From Balanoglossus misakiensis (lineage: Eukaryota; Animalia; Hemichordata), in assembly GCA_040954595.2 (NCBI GenBank), contig CM082598.2:6401097-6465096 (forward strand): a stretch of DNA of 64,000 nt, written 5' to 3'. Made by a program: the position numbers and the translations under genes. This document shows, piece after piece, positions 40,011 to 53,013 of the stretch; position 1 is the stretch's first letter, and each line of letters begins with the position of its first letter. The notes under the pieces were generated by a model, which saw only the letters and a program-made list of their open reading frames with translations, searched no databases and had not been told where the DNA came from.

Positions 40011-40040
40011 ATGGCTTCCCATGAAGATAAAGACCCAGAG
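40011..40040 (+). CDS. Probable first coding exon of the ankyrin-repeat gene (MASHEDKDPE)
   Basis: acaATGG start context; strong donor GAG|gtaagt in phase 0; upstream acceptor tttttacag ending at 39873; phase matches the next exon. Confidence 0.55.
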
Positions 40041-41203
40041 GTAAGTGACCTTTGAAATGAATTTACGCTGTCCGTCTCATCATGGACACCCATAATCTAT
40101 CAACGGGTGTTTCAGAATAATTATCTGTCTGCTGAGATTATTCATGTGTCAGGTAGACTGAAACATTTGATGGACACAATTTACAAATTACCGGACAGAA
40201 TGTGTCGCAGCAAAATGTAAGTTGTGAAAACTTGACAGATTATCGATGAAATTCAACACTGCAGACGGCAACTGATAGACACAGCAATATATATGTGTGC
40301 TCACATTTGTATGGAACGCCAACACTAACTTCTGATATTCAATTGCCGTATTCTAAGCGCAAACGTTATTATCTTGTCGATAAACTTTGATATACTAAGC
40401 GCAAACGTTTATATGCTGTGGATAAACCTCAATATATTAAGCCCAAACGTTCAGTTGTTGTGGATAAAACGTTAATATCTTGTGGAGAAACTTTGATATA
40501 CTAAGCGCAAACGTTTATATGCTGTGGATAAACCTCAATATATTAAGCCCAAACGTTCAGTTGTTGTGGATAAAACGTTTATATCTTGTGGAGAAACTTT
40601 GATATACTAAGCGCAAACGTTTATATGCTGTGGATAAACCTCAATATATTAAGCCCAAACGTTCAGTTGTTGTGGATAAAACGTTTATATCTTGTGGAAA
40701 GACTTCAATATACTAAGCGCAAACGTTAATATCTTGTGGATAAATCTCGATATATTAAGCCCAAATGTTCGGATGTTGTGGATAAAACGTTTATATCTTG
40801 TGGATAGACTTCAATATATTAAGCGCAAACACGTTGATGATACGCGCAAACACGTTGATGATATGCGCAAACACCATTATCATATGGTACTTTACTATGT
40901 TGTTGTTGTTGTGGTGGCGCTGTTTCGGCTATGCCATTCCCATAATGCAACATTAAAACTTTTGCGCCAAGACCGTTACACCCTTTGACATTTTGAAAAA
41001 GCATTTTGATTTTAAGTCAAGTTGACTTCTCACAGCCCTCTGAGTCAGAGCCCTCTGAAATTTCAGAACCAGAACCTGGACCTCAGATTTTTTTAAACTC
41101 CGATATAACCCGAAAATTTACCTTTGTAATTAAATATAACTATTACAAATAGGTGTAATGTTGCCAAAATTACTCCTGCAGAAAATACGGCGTGCGAGAT
41201 CAT

Positions 41204-41262
41204 GACTGATCACAGGCGAATTAGGCCTTCTTTTCGGTGAAACAAACAAACAAACAAACAAA

Positions 41263-41297
<35 letters not shown>

Positions 41298-41612
41298 ACA
41301 AACAAACAAACAAACAACAACCACCTTGATGATAAACATCGCAGTGTCTTGAATTGAGCTGCGCGATTGAGCAGCCGACACAAGAAGTGGCTTCCCTAGG
41401 CTTGTAAATCACTGTACATGTATACCAATTTACAAGCATACGCAAGGGACCTTTGACACAAGCCACATTTGTGTCAACTGCTCGATCGCACGAGTGGGCG
41501 GCTCACTTCAAGACACCGCGTTGTTTATCATCATTGTGGTCGTTGTTTTTTCCTTTCTTTATTAAATTTGTTTGTTTCCCTGAAGAAAAGGCTAATTCGC
41601 CTGTGGACTGAT
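41204..41612. repeat. Imperfect ~400-bp palindrome (foldback MITE-like) with a (CAAA)n(TAAA)n microsatellite in one arm
   Basis: cacaggcgaattaggcctt vs aaggctaattcgcctgtg; gatgataaaca..gtgtcttgaa vs ttcaagacac..tgtttatcatc. Confidence 0.7.
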
Positions 41613-42944
41613 CCGATTACCAGCCACATTTGCCATATTGGATTTCAAAGATGATATCAATTTTAGATTCAGATTCACCAACTTATTCAGATTAGCGTGT
41701 TTCTTTTATTTTTTGCCTGCATTGTATTACAAATATAAGAATTTTGTAGCACACAAGGAAATAAATTAAAAGACAAAAAGGCAGAAGAAGAAAATTGGAA
41801 ATCAATTCAATACTTAAATAAGAATTTCATACTTTCTTGTCCGTCAGAATAATTTTGAATTTACCAGTTGTTCAAAATTATGACTTTTTAACAAACTTTG
41901 TGTCCTCACAAACTGCGCTAATTCTCCTCCCATTGAGATTGAAATTCCTCAAAACTAGGCTATTTATCAAGTACATTTGCATATTTCGCACCGTTTCTGG
42001 GAGTAATTAAAATAATAATTGGTGACACGAAAATATAATATTTAAAGCCTAATCACTCCGCTCAAGAATATTGCCTATTGTTAAGGATTGGGAAGCTCGC
42101 ATTGTTGAAGGCATATCCTGAGTGAAGTGCAGGCCAACAAACCAACGGAAAAAAAGGGGGGGCGGGTGGGCGAGCGGGCGGGCGGGTGGGGAAATTGCCC
42201 CTTACAACTAATGCCTATCCGTCCAACATTCCCTTTGGCCCTCTACCTTAAGGCCATTTCTTACCCCCTATCCTTTGTTATATTCCTTGTAGCTTCTGCC
42301 CTTCCCTGTGCGAGGAAATGACACAGAGTCTTCTGCCCTGTTCTTCTTTTATACCTTTGTCATTCTTATGAATATTAATGAGATAACACCTGGCGGAATA
42401 TTATCGCTACGTGATTAGGTTTTGAATAATATAATATTTAAAGCCTAATCACTCCGCTCAAGAATATTGCCTATTGTTAAGGATTGGGAAGCTCGCATTG
42501 TTTCCGGCTATCCCCACCTCAGTGAAGGTCCTACCAGGTATCATAATTTCCCACACTCACACCTCTCATCTCCCAATCCTAACATACATTCCCCCTTTCC
42601 TAAATATCCCCAAACCTCAATGACCTGGTCCCTGTCTAGGGGCGCCCTCTATGTCCCCCAGGAGTATTGTTCTCTTACGCCAACTCCAATTCCCATGCTG
42701 GGATGTTCAACTGGAAAGAAACGATTCACACTATGATACCTCAAAAATAAAGCATTTATGACCGTTTTGACTTCTTTTTTTTAAGAGGGCACCCCCAGAC
42801 AGGAACCTGCGAATGGCAGGGAGCCGAAAAGGCAAGGGCTTAAAGAGTCGCCCCCCTGTCTGAGGATCCGGGAATGTCAACAAAATACCACATTATTCAA
42901 AGAATAACACATCAAGTGACTGGAATAACCGTAATGCGATTTAC

Positions 42945-43313
42945 TCTACCATAAGGGGAATATTGACGATCAGGCTTCATTGTATTACGAGTAAATTTTT
43001 CAACTTTAGCTGCAATTTCCTCCTCCTCCTTATTGCCCAAAAGTAACAAAATGAATTGGCCAGCATCTTGACCAAACTCATTAGTTTCAAACTGGGCTAG
43101 CACGGCCCTATATCTAGTAAGCTTAGGATGTGCGGTTTTCGTGGCACGATCAACAAGAACACGAAGAGCATTCAGCAGCTGTGGTCGTATGTTCCACTCT
43201 CCCGACGTGGCAATCTCCATAACCTTTTGATGCGCGTCTGCTACAGAGTTGTTGTCTGCCATTTGCTGCAACTCATCCAATTTTTTCTGCATCACCTGCA
43301 GTTGTTGCTTCAC
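42945..43313 (-). CDS. Gag-like exon (coiled coil plus helical domain) of the YR-type element
   Basis: Acceptor ttctgttgcag|GTG at 43314; VKQQLQVMQKKLDELQQ...LLNALRVLVDRA...FILLLLGNKEEEEIAAKVEKF...YSPYGR|gtaaat. The gag assignment is from position in the element and recalled similarity. Confidence 0.55.
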
Positions 43314-46202
43314 CTGCAACAGAAAACACATTCTTACCAATTTGCATGGTACATATTGTTTCCCCCACATTATGTAACACGACCCACTTCGGGCTCTGTC
43401 ATTTGTGAAGCAAGTCTAAACCTCCAAGGCGTAGAACTAAGTACACCTATATTTTCCATACCTTTACGCCTTGACTCGCGTAAGGTGTAATTCTCACATA
43501 CTTTAACGCCTTGACTCGCGTAAAGTTTTTTTATGAATACCATTACGCCTTGACTCACTTAAGGTGTAATTCTCACATACTTTAAAGCCTTGACTCGCGT
43601 AAAGTTTTTTTTTTTTTTTATGAATACCATTACGCCTTGACTCGCGTAAGGTGTAATTCTCACATACTTTAACGCCTTGACTCGCGTAATGTTTTTTTTA
43701 TGAATACCATTACGCCTTGACTCGCGTAAGGTGTAATTCTCACATACTTTAAAGCCTTGACTCGCGTAAAGTTTTTTTTTTTTTATGAATACCATTACGC
43801 CTTGACTCGCGTAAGGTGTAATTCTCACATACTTTAACGCCTTGACTCGCGTAATGTTTTTTTTATGAATACCATTACGCCTTGACTCGCGTAAGGTGTA
43901 ATTCTCACATACTTTAACGCCTTGACTCGCGTAAAGTTTTTTTTATGAATACCATTACGCCTTGACTCACTTAAGGTGTAATTCTCACATACTTTAAAGC
44001 CTTGACTCGCGTAAAGTTTTTTTTTTTTTATGAATACCATTACGCCTTGACTCGCGTAAGGTGTAATTCTCACATACTTTAACGCCTTGACTCGCGTAAT
44101 GTTTTTTTTATGAATACCATTACGCCTTGACTCACTTAAGGTGTAATTCTCACATACTTTAAAGCCTTGACTCGCGTAAAGTTTTTTTTTTTTTATGAAT
44201 ACCATTACGCCTTGACTCGCGTAAGGTGTAATTCTCACATACTTTAACGCCTTGACTCGCGTAAAGTTTTTTTATGAATACCATTACGCCTTGACTCACT
44301 TAAGGTGTAATTCTCACATACTTTAAAGCCTTGACTCGCGTAAAGTTTTTTTTTTTTTATGAATACCATTACGCCTTGACTCGCGTAAGGTGTAATTCTC
44401 ACATACTTTAACGCCTTGACTCGCGTAAAGTTTTTTTTTTTTTATGAATACCATTACGCCTTGACTCGCGTAAGGTGTAATTCTCACATACTTTAACGCC
44501 TTGACTCGCGTAATGTTTTTTTTATGAATACCATTACGCCTTGACTCGCGTAAGGTGTAATTCTCACATACTTTAACGCCTTGACTCGCGTAAAGTTTTT
44601 TTTTTTATGAATACCATTACGCCTTGACTCGCGTAAGGTGTAATTCTCACATACTTTAACGCCTTGACTCGCGTAATGTTTTTTTTTTTATGAATACCAT
44701 TACGCCTTGACTCACTTAAGGTGTAATTCTCACATACTTTAACGCCTTGACTCGCGTAAAGTTTTTTTTTTTTTTATGAATACCATTACGCCTTGACTCG
44801 CGTAAGGTGTAATTCTCACATACTTTAAAGCCTTGACTCGCGTAAAGTTTTTTTTTTTTTTATGAATACCATTACGCCTTGACTCGCGTAAGGTGTAATT
44901 CTCACATACTTTAACGCCTTGACTCGCGTAATGTTTTTTTTATGAATACCATTACGCCTTGACTCGCGTAAGGTGTAATTCTCACATACTTTAACGCCTT
45001 GACTCGCGTAAAGTTTTTTTTTTTTTTATGAATACCATTACGCCTTGACTCGCGTAAGGTGTAATTCTCACATACTTTAACGCCTTGACTGGCGTAAAGT
45101 TTTTTTTATGAATACCATTACGCCTTGACTCGCGTAAGGTGTAATTCTCACATACTTTAACGCCTTGACTCGCGTAATGTTTTTTTTTTTATGAATACCA
45201 TTACGCCTTGACTCGCGTAAGGTGTAATTCTCACATACTTTAACGCCTTGACTCGCGTAAAGTTTTTTTTTTTTTTATGAATACCATTACGCCTTGACTC
45301 GCGTAAGGTGTAATTCTCACATACTTTAAAGCCTTGACTCGCGTAAAGTTTTTTTTTTTTTTATGAATACCATTACGCCTTGACTCGCGTAAGGTGTAAT
45401 TCTCACATACTTTAACGCCTTGACTGGCGTAAAGTTTTTTTTATGAATACCATTACGCCTTGACTCGCGTAAGGTGTAATTCTCACATACTTTAACGCCT
45501 TGACTCGCGTAATGTTTTTTTTTTTATGAATACCATTACGCCTTGACTCGCGTAAGGTGTAATTCTCACATACTTTAACGCCTTGACTCGCGTAATGTTT
45601 TTTTTTTTATGAATACCATTACGCCTTGACTCGCGTAAGGTGTAATTCTCACATACTTTAACGCCTTGACTCGCGTAAAGTTTTTTTTTTTATGAATACC
45701 ATTACGCCTTGACTCGCGTAAGGTGTAATTCTCACATACTTTAACGCCTTGACTCGCGTAAAGTTTTTTTTTTTATGAATACCATTACGCCTTGACTCGC
45801 GTAAGGTGTAATTCTCACATACTTTAACGCCTTGACTCGCGTAAAGTTTTTTTTTTTATGAATACCTTTACGCCTTGACTCGCGTAAGGTGTAATTCTCA
45901 CATACTTTAACGCCTTGACTCGCGTAAAGTTTTTTTTTTTATGAATACCATTACGCCTTGACTCGCGTAAGGTGTAATTCTCACATACTTTAACGCCTTG
46001 ACTCGCGTAAAGTTTTTTTTTTTATGAATACCATTACGCCTTGACTCGCGTAAGGTGTAATTCTCACATACTTTAACGCCTTGACTCGCGTAATTTTTTT
46101 TTTTTTTTTTTATGAATACCATTACGCCTTGACTCGCGTAAGGTGTAATTCTCACATACTTTAACGCCTTGACTCGCGTAAAGTTTTTTTTTTTTTATGA
46201 AT

Positions 46203-47409
46203 CAGTGTTGCAGCCAGGAATTTTATAACAGGGGACACTGTGTCCCCGCACTATTTATTTTTGGGGACATTTTGCATATTTTGGGGACAACATAAACCAT
46301 GGACATACATGTATGTCCATGCATAAACGTACACATACATACACAATGACATACCACATTAAATTGTATAATTTGATGTTTTTAATAAAACACTCAGACT
46401 CCTTGGGCTGTGTCACAATGACCATATACTTTAATCTGCATTTTGTACAAATTGTACAAATCACGTGTTCACAACAGTCAAAATCTGATCACCCGATTAC
46501 TGTTTATGCGTCTTTGTTTTACTTTTCTGATTTTGATTACATTCAAGATCTTTTAAATCTGCTTCGTTTCTAAATTTAGAGTTTTTACCAAAATATCAGA
46601 AAGATGAATAATCCCCCCTTTTTATACGAATAAGGATGAAAAACAGACTTGTTGTTGACAAGAATTCTGGCTTTATTCCAAATAACCTGCTCAGCTGGAG
46701 GGGTGGAGGAAAAATGACTAATTTAAATTCTTTCAAGTCCTTTATTATTTTAGGAGTAAATTTGAGAAAACTTGTTCCCCATTATATAAAATCAATAGGG
46801 TATTTCTAAAAGCTAGGGAATTCATTCCAAGATCAACTGTTGTCTGGCTAGGGGTCCTAAAGCATGTAATAAGAATACTCTCAACTCTGTCTTTTTTGGA
46901 GTCTTATCCAAGAAATTAGCAATTGAATCTACATTAAAAGTTCAGTGGGAGGATTTTCAACAAAACTGAGACTGCTGGTACTCATGGACAGAGTTGGTTT
47001 CAGAGAAGCAATTGGAGTCACGGTAGTTCACTGCCTGCACAGTTGAGACCGATATATAGGCGTGATATCGCAATGTATTACTATTACAATTCCCAAGAGG
47101 GTGGCTGCGCGTACGTAAACTGTATCAAATTCAACGATAAACCACAGTCCCTCGAGGGACTCAAGTTTGCTACAAGTTTGCTATGAAGATGTTATCAGTA
47201 TCGATTACAGGTCGTAAGGTCATAAACTGTGACAAGTGAATCTCTTTGTACGCGTACACCCATCAGCTATCAGGAAACAATGTATGTTAGCGCCGGCTAT
47301 TTTTTACACTCAGAGTGCGCCCGTGGTGACCCGCAGTGTGCCAGAAAGTGCGCCCGTGGCTTCAGTTTTGGGGACATTGTCGCAAGGGCGCACGCTGGCT
47401 GCAACACTG
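46203..47409. mobile_element. hAT-like non-autonomous element (1207 bp) inserted in the satellite
   Basis: 15-bp TIR cagtgttgcagccag...ctggctgcaacactg; the duplicated target is atgaat (6 bp). Confidence 0.8.
46575..46850 (-). pseudogene. L1/Tx1 ORF2 fragment inside the hAT-like element
   Basis: The minus frame reads EQVIWNKARILVNNKSVF...RGIIHLSDIL, matching the post-RT 'IWNN..I....K.VF....GI....D' motif of L1/Tx1 ORF2. Confidence 0.6.
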
Positions 47410-49336
47410 ATGAATACCATTACGCCTTGACTCGCGTAAGGTGTAATTCTCACATACTTTAACGCCTTGACTCGCGTAAAGTTTTTTTTTTTTTATGAAT
47501 ACCATTACGCCTTGACTCGCGCAAGGTGTAATTCTCACATACTTTAACGCCTTGACTCGCGTAATGTTTTTTTTATGAATACCATTACGCCTTGACTCGC
47601 GTAAGGTGTAATTCTCACATACTTTAACGCCTTGACTCGCGTAAAGTTTTTTTTTTTATGAATACCATTACGCCTTGACTCGCGTAAGGTGTAATTCTCA
47701 CATACTTTAACGCCTTGACTCGCGTAAAGTTTTTTTTTTTATGAATACCATTACGCCTTGACTCGCGTAAGGTGTAATTCTCACATACTTTAACGCCTTG
47801 ACTCGCGTAATGTTTTTTTTTTATGAATACCATTACGCCTTGACTCGCGTAAGGTGTAATTCTCACATACTTTAACGCCTTGACTCGCGTAATGTTTTTT
47901 TTATGAATACCATTACGCCTTGACTCACTTAAGGTGTAATTCTCACATACTTTAAAGCCTTGACTCGCGTAAAGTTTTTTTTTTTATGAATACCATTACG
48001 CCTTGACTCGCGTAAGGTGTAATTCTCACATACTTTAACGCCTTGACTCGCGTAAAGTTTTTTTTTTTTTTTTTTTATGAATACCATTACGCCTTGACTC
48101 GCGTAAGGTGTAATTCTCACATACTTTAACGCCTTGACTCGCGTAAAGTTTTTTTTTTTTTTTTTTTTATGAATACCATTACGCCTTGACTCGCGTAAGG
48201 TGTAATTCTCACATACTTTAACGCCTTGACTCGCGTAAAGTTTTTTTTTTTTTTTTTTTTATGAATACCATTACGCCTTGAGTCGCGTAAGGTGTAATTC
48301 TCACATACTTTAACGCCTTGACTCGCGTAAAGTTTTTTTTATGAATACCATTACGCCTTGACTCGCGTAAGGTGTAATTCTCACATACTTTAACGCCTTG
48401 ACTCGCGTAATGTTTTTTATATGAATACCATTACGCCTTGACTCGCGTAAGGTGTAATTCTCACATACTTTAACGCCTTGACTCGCGTAAAGTTTTTTTT
48501 TTTTTTTTTATGAATACCATTACGCCTTGACTCGCGTAAGGTGTAATTCTCACATACTTTAACGCCTTGACTCGCGTAAAGTTTTTTTTTTTTTTTTTTT
48601 TATGAATACCATTACGCCTTGACTCGCGTAAGGTGTAATTCTCACATACTTTAACGCCTTGACTCGCGTAAAGTTTTTTTTTTTTTTTTTTTTATGAATA
48701 CCATTACGCCTTGACTCGCGTAAGGTGTAATTCTCACATACTTTAACGCCTTGACTCGCGTAAAGTTTTTTTTATGAATACCATTACGCCTTGACTCGCG
48801 TAAGGTGTAATTCTCACATACTTTAACGCCTTGACTCGCGTAATGTTTTTTATATGAATACCATTACGCCTTGACTCGCGTAAGGTGTAATTCTCACATA
48901 CTTTAACGCCTTGACTCGCGTAAAGTTTTTTTTTTTTTTTTTATGAATACCATTACGCCTTGACTCGCGTAAGGTGTAATTCTCACATACTTTAACGCCT
49001 TGACTCGCGTAAAGTTTTTTTTATGAATAAAATTACGCCTTGACTCGCGTAAGGTGTAATTCTCACATACTTTCACGCCTTGACTCGCGTAAAGTTTCGT
49101 ATACAAGCCTTAACTCCATTTACTATGTCTCCCACACCTGGTCGCCCACAAAGATAAATAAAACGATTAGCATACTAAGTAGGTCTTCAAAGTAAAAGGA
49201 CTTGTAGGCGGCAACCACCAATATCATCTACACGAGACTATGAAGTTTCCAAGCTCATAGAAATGCCACGACGAAGACGACAAGGAATAAAACCGACCTG
49301 CACCAAAAGTAACTCTGGGCTGCAAACAGAACGCAC

Positions 49337-49619
49337 CTGTATGTCATGATGTTGACTATCTTGAGCCTCCGAAGGGGCTTCCAAAGGCTGAATAGCTTGT
49401 TCACCACTTGTACTTGCAGTAGTTGACCCCGTCGAAAGACTGGCAGGTAGGTGACGTTCTGGTCTGGCAGGTCTACCAGGACGATGGGCGTCGACAAAAG
49501 CTTGTGCGATATCAGAATCAGTGGCCGTTCCCCGAGTTGGCTGCCGAACTTCGTGAGGCAGCGTCTACAGCTACGTTGGAAGTGGTTTTCTGAGCAGCTA
49601 CGTCTTGTCTCGAAGCCAT
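49337..49619 (-). pseudogene. Putative first gag exon of the YR-type element (1-nt frameshift)
   Basis: ATG at 49619 just inside the terminal repeat (MASRQDVAAQ...). The downstream frame ends ...QHHDIQ|gtgcgt in phase 0, matching the acceptor at 43314. The length of 283 nt implies one extra base. Confidence 0.4.
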
Positions 49620-51399
49620 GTTCTATACCGGTGGAGACTGCCCTGACTGTGCGAGGAAATGACACAGAGTCTTCTGCCCTGTTCTTCTTTTATACCTTTG
49701 TCATTCTTATGAATATTAATGAGATAACACCTGGCGGAATATTATCGCTACGTGATTAGGTTTTGAATATGGTGGCATTTTTCGTCTTAAATATGACGTA
49801 ATGTCAAATGTCGAGACCCAATTCAGCTATCGTGTCTTCGACCTACAAATACGGGGTAAACCAAACTAAAGAAATGCATGTCTACTACCACGTAGAGGCA
49901 GACGCCATTGTCTTTCAAAAGTTATGTCACCATGTTGACCGACCGTTCCCTCACATAAGTATTGCATTGATTTCCTAATTTTCTTTTTTCACCCTTTTGT
50001 CTTGCAATTTATTTTGTTGTGTGCTACAAAAAATGCATCGCTTTTGTCCCAAGTCGGCCATCTTTGCCCCGAGATTTTTCTATGGCATTTCCCCAGTCCC
50101 TCTTTCTGGAGTGCCCAACAGAAGAAGCAGAGGGGTCTGGGTAACCGAGACTCAGAGGGCTGTGAGAAGTCAACTTGACTTAAAATCAAAATGCTTTTTC
50201 AAAATGTCAAAGGGTGTAACGGTCTTGGCGCAAAAGTTTTAATGTTGCATTATGGGAATGGCATAGCCGAAACAGCGCCACCACAACAACAACAACATAG
50301 TAAAGTACCATATGATAATGGTGTTTGCGCATATCATCAACGTGTTTGCGCGTATCATCAACGTGTTTGCGCTTAATATATTGAAGTCTATCCACAAGAT
50401 ATAAACGTTTTATCCACAACATCCGAACATTTGGGCTTAATATATCGAGATTTATCCACAAGATATTAACGTTTGCGCTTAGTATATTGAAGTCTTTCCA
50501 CAAGATATAAACGTTTTATCCACAACATCCGAACATTTGGGCTTAATATATTGAGATTTATCCACAGCATATAAACGTTAGCGCTTAAAATATTGAGGTT
50601 TATCCACAAGATATTAACGTTTTATCCACAACATCCGAACATTTGGGCTTAATATATTGAGGTTTATCCAAGAGATATTAACGTTTGCGCTTAGTATATT
50701 GAAGTCTTTCCACAAGATATAAACGTTTTATCCACAACATCCGAACATTTGGGCTTAATATATTGAGATTTATCCACAGCATATAAACGTTAGCGCTTAA
50801 AATATTGAGGTTTATCCACAAGATATTAACGTTTTATCCACAACATCCGAACATTTGGGCTTAATATATTGAGGTTTATCCACAGCATATAAACGTTTGC
50901 ACTTAGTATATTGAAGTCTTTCCACAAGATATAAACGTTTTATCCACAACATCCGAACATTTGGGCTTAATATATTGAGATTTATCCACAGCATATAAAC
51001 GTTAGCGCTTAAAATATTGAGGTTTATCCACAAGATATTAACGTTTTATCCACAACATCCGAACATTTGGGCTTAATATATTGAGGTTTATCCACAGCAT
51101 ATAAACGTTTGCGCTTAGTATATCAAAGTTTATCCACAAGATATAACGTTTGCGCTTAGAATACGGCAATTGAATATCAGAAGTTAGTGTTGGAGTTCCA
51201 TACATTTGCATGTGGCATCCAATTGCAAGTCAGCTCAAACCAGCCCTGTGCTTATTAATTATATGCGCGTATTTTACCCCTAAAATGTTAGTCCAAACGC
51301 GACTCATGTTCTACATGACATTCAATGACTGTCCAAACGAAACATCTGTGGAAAAGTGAACCAGTCAGTCAATCCGTGAGTTCTGAGTGAGGTGTCTGC

Positions 51400-52160
51400 A
51401 TGTGTGCATCGAGAGACTGTGAGTGGGGCACACAACTTGTAACAATTAACATCACGGAAACTGTTCGTTGTTCGTGCTGGATGTACGAAGTTTCGATTAG
51501 TAATAAGCCTCTTGTCATATTTTATTATCACAATCAATCGTTTTGCATGAATCTACTGTATAGTAAATCATTCTAGTCTGATTAGAATCTACAGTGGCAA
51601 AATCGACATTGCAATCTTTCCTGATAGAGACCAATTACCATATTATATTGTACATTCATGTTAAAGGCAATAGATCGTCTCATGCGCATGCGCGTAACTT
51701 CCCAGCAAATTTTCCGTTTGATGCATTCAAATGGTAGACTGCCTTCGCTTTCTTCCATATTTCATGCGCACCGTATAAGTAGATTCTGGTTTTGTCCCTC
51801 CTTTTCACCCAAGCTAGTGTCTTTTCCCGATCGCCAACACAGACTATGGTCACCACCATCTTCTCTGTTGTTAGGATAGAGCACTGCATTATGGGATTGA
51901 CTGTTCACTAAATGTCTGTAACCAGTGGCTACAGCTGGAACATGCGTGTGAGACGAGCTAGGCGCTTTAACATCATGGAAACTGTTCGTTGCTTGTGCTG
52001 GACGTACTAAGTTTTGACTAGTAATAAACTGCTTGTCATATTTTATTATCACAATCCAAACTTTTCAATCTATGTCTGTATCACTGTATAGTCAATCATT
52101 CTAGAGTCTGATAAGCATCTCTACAGTCGCTCACTCCACATAGATACCAATTACCATATC
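51400..52160. repeat. Diverged direct duplication, offset ~520 bp
   Basis: acatca.ggaaactgttcgttg...ttgtcatattttattatcacaatc at ~51450 and ~51970. Confidence 0.8.
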
Positions 52161-52792
52161 AACAGACAATGACCTTTCTGACCTGTGCGAGTTCATTCAA
52201 GGTGACACAAATGTTGATTGTAAGCGAACGGTGTTTCAGTCGCACTCAGTTTAATGTCATGCTAACCTATGGTCACTTGGTTTTTGTAGCAATGATAGAA
52301 AATTATTCATGTCATTTTTGTTAGTGAAACAAATTGTTGTTCGACCAAATTCTTGAACACCAATAATTATTGTGTCTGCAATTAAGCTATTGTGTTCTCA
52401 CATACTTAAAACAGAAATTGCTAGAGAAAAACTACATAGGGAACTTGTATACAGAATGACAAAAAGAAAATATATGAATGTCGAAAGATTGTGAATTTCT
52501 ACCCTCCCCTGGTGGTGATACACTCAGGCAAAATGGCTATCCATGTATGTTCCCAAAACTATCTCAGAGAAGGGGGTGCTTTCCAGTTATCATCACTGTC
52601 TTCAAAAATGATAAAATATGGTACATCTTACAACAATGTTCAAACGAGATTTGAAATACAGATGGGTGTCTAAACTCAAGTTCTTTGTATTCGAAACAAT
52701 GGTATTGCTTTGTATTTGTATTATGGTGTTATCTGTCCCAGTTTTTGTAAATTAGGAGCTGAGGGGGCTTTTGTCTGATTTTCTTCTATATT

Positions 52793-53013
52793 CAGTGTTT
52801 CATTCAGGATGGTATCAGCAGGGGGTACATGTCCCCTTTTGCCATAATATTTGAGGGGGATTCCACTCTGACAAGGGGGGACTGTAATATCTCCAACATG
52901 TGAGTGACATCATTTAAAAGGGCACTGGCCCCCTTTGACAATTAAATTGCTAGGGGGTGCCAATATGTCAATAGGGGGTGAAACCCCCATCCCCCCGTCT
53001 AGATGAAACACTG
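52793..53013. mobile_element. hAT-like MITE (221 bp, 5-bp TSD)
   Basis: cagtgttt(t)cat...atgaaacactg flanked by atatt on both sides. Confidence 0.65.

Larger units (their letters stand above)
43463..49095. repeat. Satellite with a 72-bp core plus variable poly-T (unit ~79-94 bp)
   Basis: atgaataccattacgccttgactcgcgtaaggtgtaattctcacatactttaacgccttgactcgcgtaaag(T)n; two acgccttgactcgcgtaa subunits per unit; interrupted at 46203-47409. Confidence 0.98.
42032..49769 (-). mobile_element. Split-direct-repeat (Ngaro/PAT-like, DIRS group) element, gag-only
   Basis: Identical 75-bp repeats at 42032-42106 and 42428-42502, and identical 123-bp repeats at 42306-42428 and 49647-49769. On the minus strand this reads A1-ORF-B1A2-spacer-B2. 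The ends are imperfect inverted repeats around an aatat core. No RT or tyrosine recombinase is visible. Confidence 0.75.
40310..51202. mobile_element. IS3EU-type non-autonomous element (~3.2 kb, inflated to 10.9 kb by nested inserts)
   Basis: TAT...ATA termini (tatggaac.ccaacac / gtgttgg.gttccata) with 6-bp TSD catttg (40304-09, 51203-08). TIRs 40310-41047 and 50150-51202 contain ~35-bp subrepeats. TAY..RTA termini plus a 6-bp TSD are the IS3EU signature. Confidence 0.75.

Noticed and set aside
43463-49095. CRISPR-like look (palindromic ~20-bp repeat with spacers)
   Set aside because: The spacers are two invariant alternating sequences, there are no cas genes, and the context is eukaryotic; it is a satellite
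43559-49106. Lys-rich ORFs (MRITPYASQG...)
   Set aside because: They are satellite translations whose frame depends on poly-T length
50380-51140. Many perfect DnaA boxes (TTATCCACA) suggesting oriC
   Set aside because: They are TIR subrepeats of a transposon, mirrored in the left arm, inside a spliceosomal intron; no bacterial genes are nearby
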